44,339 bases of DNA, taken from contig JAEOTM010000088.1 of the NCBI GenBank assembly GCA_016839815.1, positions 1 to 44,339 of the forward strand, given 5' to 3'. The DNA is from Candidatus Hodarchaeota archaeon. GTDB lineage: Archaea; Asgardarchaeota; Heimdallarchaeia; Hodarchaeales; Hodarchaeaceae. Each line of letters starts with the position of its first letter. The first letter of the stretch is position 1. Of the stretch, positions 39,413 through 44,339 are shown piece after piece. The notes below the pieces were generated by a model, which saw only the letters and a list, made by a program, of their open reading frames with translations, was not told where the DNA came from and did not search any database. Both the position numbers and the translations under genes were made by a program.

Positions 39413-40213
39413 CTAAAATTCTTCGACATAAACTTTAAATTCATCTGCCTTTCCATTTAATATTTTAAGAGCTTTCAGTAATATTCCTTTTGAACTAAGA
39501 GCTCCTGTACTTTCAATAGTAAAAATAAAGTCCGTTCCAGTTGTTGTAACAAAGACAGCATCACTTTCGCAAATATCCACACATTGATTGCAGAGACTGC
39601 AGTTAATTACATTTTGTGCAGAGATTTTTCCATTTTCAATTTTTATTATATCACGAGGACATACATTCACACATTCCTCGCAGTATGTACATTTTTTTTC
39701 GTTGAATTTGACAACTGGGTAATATTTGTATGATACTGTTGAAATAGGTTGCCATTTGGCATGATCTATTCCACGACCAAGACGTGCGATTGCCTCTAGG
39801 AAGATCTTTTGGTTTTTAGCCATCTTCAGAATTGGTATATTCGGAAACACAGGTGTAATTTTCGGATCTTGTGATAAGAGGCTATTAGAGTAAACAATCT
39901 CAATATCCTTCTCTCCAGATACCTCAAGAGTCAGGGATACTTCGCATGACGTGCAACCTTGTCCCCCACATTCACATTCTGTTGGTAGAACATAATTATC
40001 TAGATCAGTTTTAAGAGGCAACAAACCAAGACGATGTGCAACAATTTCATCATAAAGAGGGGTTGTATTTTCAATGATAATTACTTCATCGATCGCCATA
40101 GTCGGTACATCACTCATTATAAGCCGACGTAATGTATTTGCAAACGTAGGAGTAATACCAGATAGAACAAACTTCACAAAATTCTCACGCTGTTCTATTA
40201 TCTCTAGTTCCAT
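39413..40213 (-). CDS. rpoD: RNA polymerase subunit Rpo3 (D) with ferredoxin-like domain
   Basis: FANTLRR..VPTMAI, AHRLGLLPL, HAKWQP; two CxxCxxCxxxC motifs. Confidence 0.96.
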   Translation of the reverse strand: MELEIIEQRENFVKFVLSGITPTFANTLRRLIMSDVPTMAIDEVIIIENTTPLYDEIVAHRLGLLPLKTDLDNYVLPTECECGGQGCTSCEVSLTLEVSGEKDIEIVYSNSLLSQDPKITPVFPNIPILKMAKNQKIFLEAIARLGRGIDHAKWQPISTVSYKYYPVVKFNEKKCTYCEECVNVCPRDIIKIENGKISAQNVINCSLCNQCVDICESDAVFVTTTGTDFIFTIESTGALSSKGILLKALKILNGKADEFKVYVEEF

Positions 40214-40795
40214 TATTGTCCATCTGCTGTATGTTTTTTTTATCTAATCTGATCTATTTATGTTGAACGTAAAATTACAATAGGATTGATGTTCTTTATC
40301 CGTCCAGTGGATAAAATTCCGTTATTATGTCCAGTTTGGCAACACTTGAGTTATCTTTAAATGTTTTTTTCTGGATCTGGTTTCTTCTTGAGTGATTTTG
40401 TATAATACCCACTTAAATCAGATTAAAGTCAATTTAATGGATAATCTCACTGATTAATTAACTGTCTGAATTTCTCTATGATTGAACTTTAGAACCAGTT
40501 GCAAGATAATGAGATATTAGGCAAGTATGACTGGGTTGAGATTTTACAGATTGGACCAGTTCTTTAGTTGGAATTATTTATAAATACCTACAATCTCCAA
40601 AACCGAAGTAGAGAAAAAACTTGATTTGTTTTTGTTAACAAGATTAGAAGACTGGGATTAGTGAGGAACACACATTCTTAATTTAAGTAGAGAGGGATTA
40701 CTGAAGATAATCAACTTCAGATCCAATAAATCAAGGAATTTGGGAGATTATAAGTGAACCTAGGCTTGATAGAATGGTTACTCAAGGTGTGTTAG

Positions 40796-41074
40796 ATGCA
40801 TGTTTTTTATTTAAGCCAGTGGGACGATTATATACGGGGGTGGCAACTTCTAATTGAATCTGGAGATCAAATTTTATGGACTGTACTTGTATTTATTGCA
40901 TGGCTTGTCCGTGCAATCTCTCTGATAATGCTATTAATACGTCTGGGAGATAGAGTTGTAAGGAATAAAAAGGAAATTGAGTTAAATATAGTAATAACAG
41001 GAATAACATTCGTTATAGTTACAGTCCCGTTTTTTTTGGCCGATCTTCCTTTAATTTACCCATTCATCCCATGA
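40796..41074 (+). CDS. Small two-TM membrane protein, unknown function
   Basis: Two hydrophobic helices around a charged loop; AAGGTG upstream. Confidence 0.55.
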   Translation: MHVFYLSQWDDYIRGWQLLIESGDQILWTVLVFIAWLVRAISLIMLLIRLGDRVVRNKKEIELNIVITGITFVIVTVPFFLADLPLIYPFIP

Positions 41075-41963
41075 ACTCTCTAAGATTCTCTACATTAAAA
41101 TGATCATTCATCATTTGTCGGTAGTCTAAGTAAAATGATAAAATTTCATCTGGAGAAAGATGTATGGGTTGTTTTTGTGAGAATTGCAAGGAATCCAATT
41201 GTTTCCGATATCGTGATCTAACGCTTGATACTAACTTTTTCTGAAATACCATTAAATTATTTCTTGCCTTTTTATTTTTCCTACAGAAAAGGGATGTTAA
41301 AAATTCAAAAAATGATTTTTCTTTAACTATTGGTGGTGTATCAATTGAACTTCCTCGTACTAAGCAAGAAGAAACTTGGGGTTGAGGATAAAAGTAATCC
41401 GCAGAGAATTTTGAGATTATTTCAATATTATAAAAATATGACGAGTAAACGGATAATCTACTATAGTTTTTTGATCCTTCTTTTGCACAGAGATGTCTCG
41501 CAAACTCCTCCTGAAGTGTAAGTACTATTAGCTCGGGAGGATTTTTCATCCTCGAAATTGTCCATATTACAGGAGATGAAATGGAATAAGGAAGGTTTGA
41601 GACAATTTTACCAGTAGGAATTTCTTTTTCATTCAAAAAATCCCTTGCTATGACCTCTAACTGTTTATTATATTTATAAAATTCTTTTTTAATAACGGAA
41701 GCTAAATAGGGATCAATTTCATAAGAAACTACCTGTTTTGCTTGTCCTAATAAGAAGTAGGTTAGAGTACCAATACCTCCTCCAATCTCTATAATCGTTT
41801 CATCGTCTTCAATTTGTGCTGCAGACAGTATTTCATCAATTAAGCCTTTTTTAACTACAAAATTCTGACCGTGTCCCTTGTAGGGAGTAATAGCATAATC
41901 GACAATTATTGATTTGGTATAACTACTCAAATCACCTTCGTTCAGAAAATGGAAGTGGTTCAA
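41064..41963 (-). CDS. ksgA: 16S rRNA m6,2A dimethyltransferase KsgA/Dim1
   Basis: GQNF, EIGGGIGTLT, VSNLPYSISS, YSRLSV. Confidence 0.93.
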   Translation of the reverse strand: MNHFHFLNEGDLSSYTKSIIVDYAITPYKGHGQNFVVKKGLIDEILSAAQIEDDETIIEIGGGIGTLTYFLLGQAKQVVSYEIDPYLASVIKKEFYKYNKQLEVIARDFLNEKEIPTGKIVSNLPYSISSPVIWTISRMKNPPELIVLTLQEEFARHLCAKEGSKNYSRLSVYSSYFYNIEIISKFSADYFYPQPQVSSCLVRGSSIDTPPIVKEKSFFEFLTSLFCRKNKKARNNLMVFQKKLVSSVRSRYRKQLDSLQFSQKQPIHLSPDEILSFYLDYRQMMNDHFNVENLREFMG

Positions 41964-41972
41964 ACTTAATCA

Positions 41973-42572
41973 TTACTGTTTTTTAATAAAGAGTTGATAC
42001 TTTTCCCCGCCTTGAATTTCCTGTAAAATTCTATTTGAAAATAGTCCGATTGGGTCAGAAATTCCAGTTCTTTCTGCAAAATCATCGAAGTCTTTAAACT
42101 CTATTTTTCTGCGTGCATCCAGAATTTGCCATAGACGTTTATTGCCAATACCTGGTAATAATTGAAGTTGATGCATTTGAGTAGTTAAAGGACGAGAATT
42201 ATTTAGGAAATTTATGAACCGAGTTTCAGAGAGTGTAACGATTTTTTTAATTATTTCAGGGAGAGTTTCAACTGCAGAATCAGATAATTCATTGAATCCT
42301 ATTCTATTGATTTTAATTATTTTTGATTTTAATTCAGATACATTAAACAGCTGCCCAATTTGAATATCTTTACCTCTGTTCAGAATAATGTCATAAAATT
42401 TCATTTGATTAACAGAAATAACTACGGTTAATGGATTGAAATCTTCAGCAGATTTTCGGCTCAAAGATTTCCCCTGAGGATAATAATCTAAGACAAGAAC
42501 TTTGCCTATTCCCTGTTTGTGCTTGGGTGGATATTTTTTTCCTTTCTTTGACCCTTCCACTTGTTTTTTCAT
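41973..42572 (-). CDS. DUF655 family nucleic-acid-binding protein
   Basis: VLDYYPQG, HQLQLLPGIGNK helix-hairpin-helix, RILQEI; usual neighbour of ksgA. Confidence 0.85.
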   Translation of the reverse strand: MKKQVEGSKKGKKYPPKHKQGIGKVLVLDYYPQGKSLSRKSAEDFNPLTVVISVNQMKFYDIILNRGKDIQIGQLFNVSELKSKIIKINRIGFNELSDSAVETLPEIIKKIVTLSETRFINFLNNSRPLTTQMHQLQLLPGIGNKRLWQILDARRKIEFKDFDDFAERTGISDPIGLFSNRILQEIQGGEKYQLFIKKQ

Positions 42573-42810
42573 TAGTTTTATTCCTCTAACCGTATCACTT
42601 GCGGAATTAAATCATTTTGAGTTATTTTTTTTTAGGTACGTTTTGTCTTTTATATTTTGATTATAATGTCTATTCTATTTTTCACTCGAAGATGATAAGA
42701 CCATAAATAGTAGCTTCATAATCCTTTTTGGAAATTTAACAAGCCTCATTTTCGGCTAAGTCTCTCATTCTATACCTAGCTTAGATACTTCACCGACTCG
42801 TATTCTACCT

Positions 42811-43818
42811 GTGAATACGATGAAAAACAGATGTCTAGAATGTGGTGGAAGTTTAATACAAACGGATTCAGACATGGTATGTACAAATTGTGGGTTAATC
42901 GCTCAACAAATCTATGAAAATCCTTCTATACAATTGATAAGTTCAGAAGGGAGCTATGGAAGTCAATATGCCTCAATAAGTGAACAGCCAAGTAAACTAA
43001 AAACATTGGGAACATTTATCGGATCTTATCAGAAGAAAAACTTTGTGGATGCTACCGGAAATCAATTAGCGTTTCCTAAGAAGTTACAGTATCGAAGGTT
43101 AAAATCCTTAAACGATGTTTACCTTCATTTTAATGGTCGCCAAAGGGAGTATAGAGGATATAGCCTGCTTTCACGTGTCTGCAGTACACTTGAAGTGACT
43201 GATTCAACAAGAGCAGATGCTCTCTTTCTCTTCCAAAAAGTTCACCATCAGTTAAAAAAGAAAATGAAGCTTTCTTGTTTAATAATGGGAGCTTTATATT
43301 TAGCTGTACGAACACGTAAGGAAAATATTGAATTAAATAGATTAGTTAAAGCAGTACAAGTTAATGGGTTTTCAATTGCAGGAAAAGACATCATAAGATC
43401 AGCATCTCTAATTCGTCAATACGCAAAAATTAGAGTTCGTCACGTTAAATCGGAAGAATATCTTGATGCAATTATAGGGAGAATTCAAAAGGATTATACT
43501 CTTAGGAGCGCTATTCAAAAAAGAACTAACAACCGTGAAGAGTTTTTTCAACAGCTTAGAGTTGTTGCTAAACAATTACTTAATCAATTTCCGTTACCTA
43601 AGAGAGGTGGCCGCAATCCATTTATACTAGCTGCTGCAATGATAAATGCTGCTGATATTCTGTTGGCAAGGCACAAGATTTTTCCAGAATGTTATCTAAA
43701 ACAAAGTAGACGAGGAATATTAACACAAAAGAAGCTTTCAGAAATCCTTGATATTGCTGAATTTACATTGAGAGAGCATTATTTGCTATTAGCGAAACCA
43801 CTAGTACAATTATATTAA
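42811..43818 (+). CDS. Divergent TFB/TFIIB-family paralogue
   Basis: CLECGG..VCTNCGLI zinc ribbon; two cyclin-like repeats (GALYLAVR; GRNPFILAAA; TQKKLSEILDIAEFTLRE). Confidence 0.82.
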   Translation: MNTMKNRCLECGGSLIQTDSDMVCTNCGLIAQQIYENPSIQLISSEGSYGSQYASISEQPSKLKTLGTFIGSYQKKNFVDATGNQLAFPKKLQYRRLKSLNDVYLHFNGRQREYRGYSLLSRVCSTLEVTDSTRADALFLFQKVHHQLKKKMKLSCLIMGALYLAVRTRKENIELNRLVKAVQVNGFSIAGKDIIRSASLIRQYAKIRVRHVKSEEYLDAIIGRIQKDYTLRSAIQKRTNNREEFFQQLRVVAKQLLNQFPLPKRGGRNPFILAAAMINAADILLARHKIFPECYLKQSRRGILTQKKLSEILDIAEFTLREHYLLLAKPLVQLY

Positions 43819-44175
43819 TAGATGATTTCTAAGTTTCAATGAAGATGGAGACCCATTTTCCAATGAGAATAAAAAAGAAAAAGAAATGAGGGGTAAATAT
43901 TCTTAGTATAGTTTGAAATATTAAAAGCCTGGGGGGTGATCCTGTGGTGGGTTCATAATACTTGACCTCATCCCTCAAACATGCCACATCTTTATAGAAT
44001 CCTAAAAAGTGGAGAACTCATCCTTCTTCCTAGTTTTTATTCATGAACTAAGAAAGCAAAATGAGATAAACAGCTTCTTGTTTCGCTGTTTCTTAGGATT
44101 AAAACCAATTTTGAAGATAATTTGTGTTTAATTAATCCAATACACAAGAAATACATAATATTCTGGTGAATAATA

Positions 44176-44339
44176 ATGGCAGATCTCGAAAGAATGAATT
44201 TAGTGGTCACTGGACACGTTGATCACGGAAAATCTACTGGTCTTGGCCACATGTTGTTCTTACTAGGTCAGATACATGATCCTAAAAAGAAACGACAACC
44301 TTGGCGAATTGCTGAAAAATACTATAAGGATAGCAAAGC
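44176..44339 (+). CDS. EF-1alpha-family translational GTPase, N-terminal fragment (3'-truncated by the window edge)
   Basis: MADLERMNLVVTGHVDHGKST; GGTGA RBS upstream. Confidence 0.85.
   Translation, partial: MADLERMNLVVTGHVDHGKSTGLGHMLFLLGQIHDPKKKRQPWRIAEKYYKDSK

Noticed and set aside
43930-43990. HDV-like ribozyme or SRP Alu domain
   Set aside because: Nested topology is similar, but P1.1/L3 and catalytic-strand signatures and the SRP helix 8 motif are absent

Overview
AT-rich chromosomal segment from an archaeon, very probably Asgard (Heimdallarchaeia/Hodarchaeales-like; inferred from gene content). Core genes present: rpoA'/A'', rpoD, an RPB5-length rpoH, rpl30e, nusA, rps12, rpl18e, rpl13, rps9, secY, ksgA, rio1, dim2, csl4, a METTL5-like methyltransferase, trm112, TFS and TFB paralogues and a partial EF-1alpha-family gene. 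Interleaved with them are: (i) a eukaryote-like translocon/oligosaccharyltransferase neighbourhood (OST48/Wbp1-, DAD1/Ost2- and ribophorin I-like genes next to a stand-alone secY); (ii) a five-gene operon small GTPase - KaiC-like ATPase - roadblock - FIST - MFS transporter, head-to-head with an Flp-sized class III prepilin, which is the best candidate for an undescribed signalling system; (iii) a Tad-like ATPase/TadC locus with VirB2/CedA1-shaped small membrane proteins and a 1174-aa surface protein. Elements missing from the ORF track: tRNA-Arg(GCG) and tRNA-Ile(GAU), each with two BHB-type introns; tRNA-Ala(UGC); a box C/D sRNA whose two guides match peptidyl-transferase-centre sites that are 2'-O-methylated in eukaryotes; and a 2x[4Fe-4S] ferredoxin whose only plausible start codon is ATT. 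All family calls come from motif recognition by eye; no searches were run.
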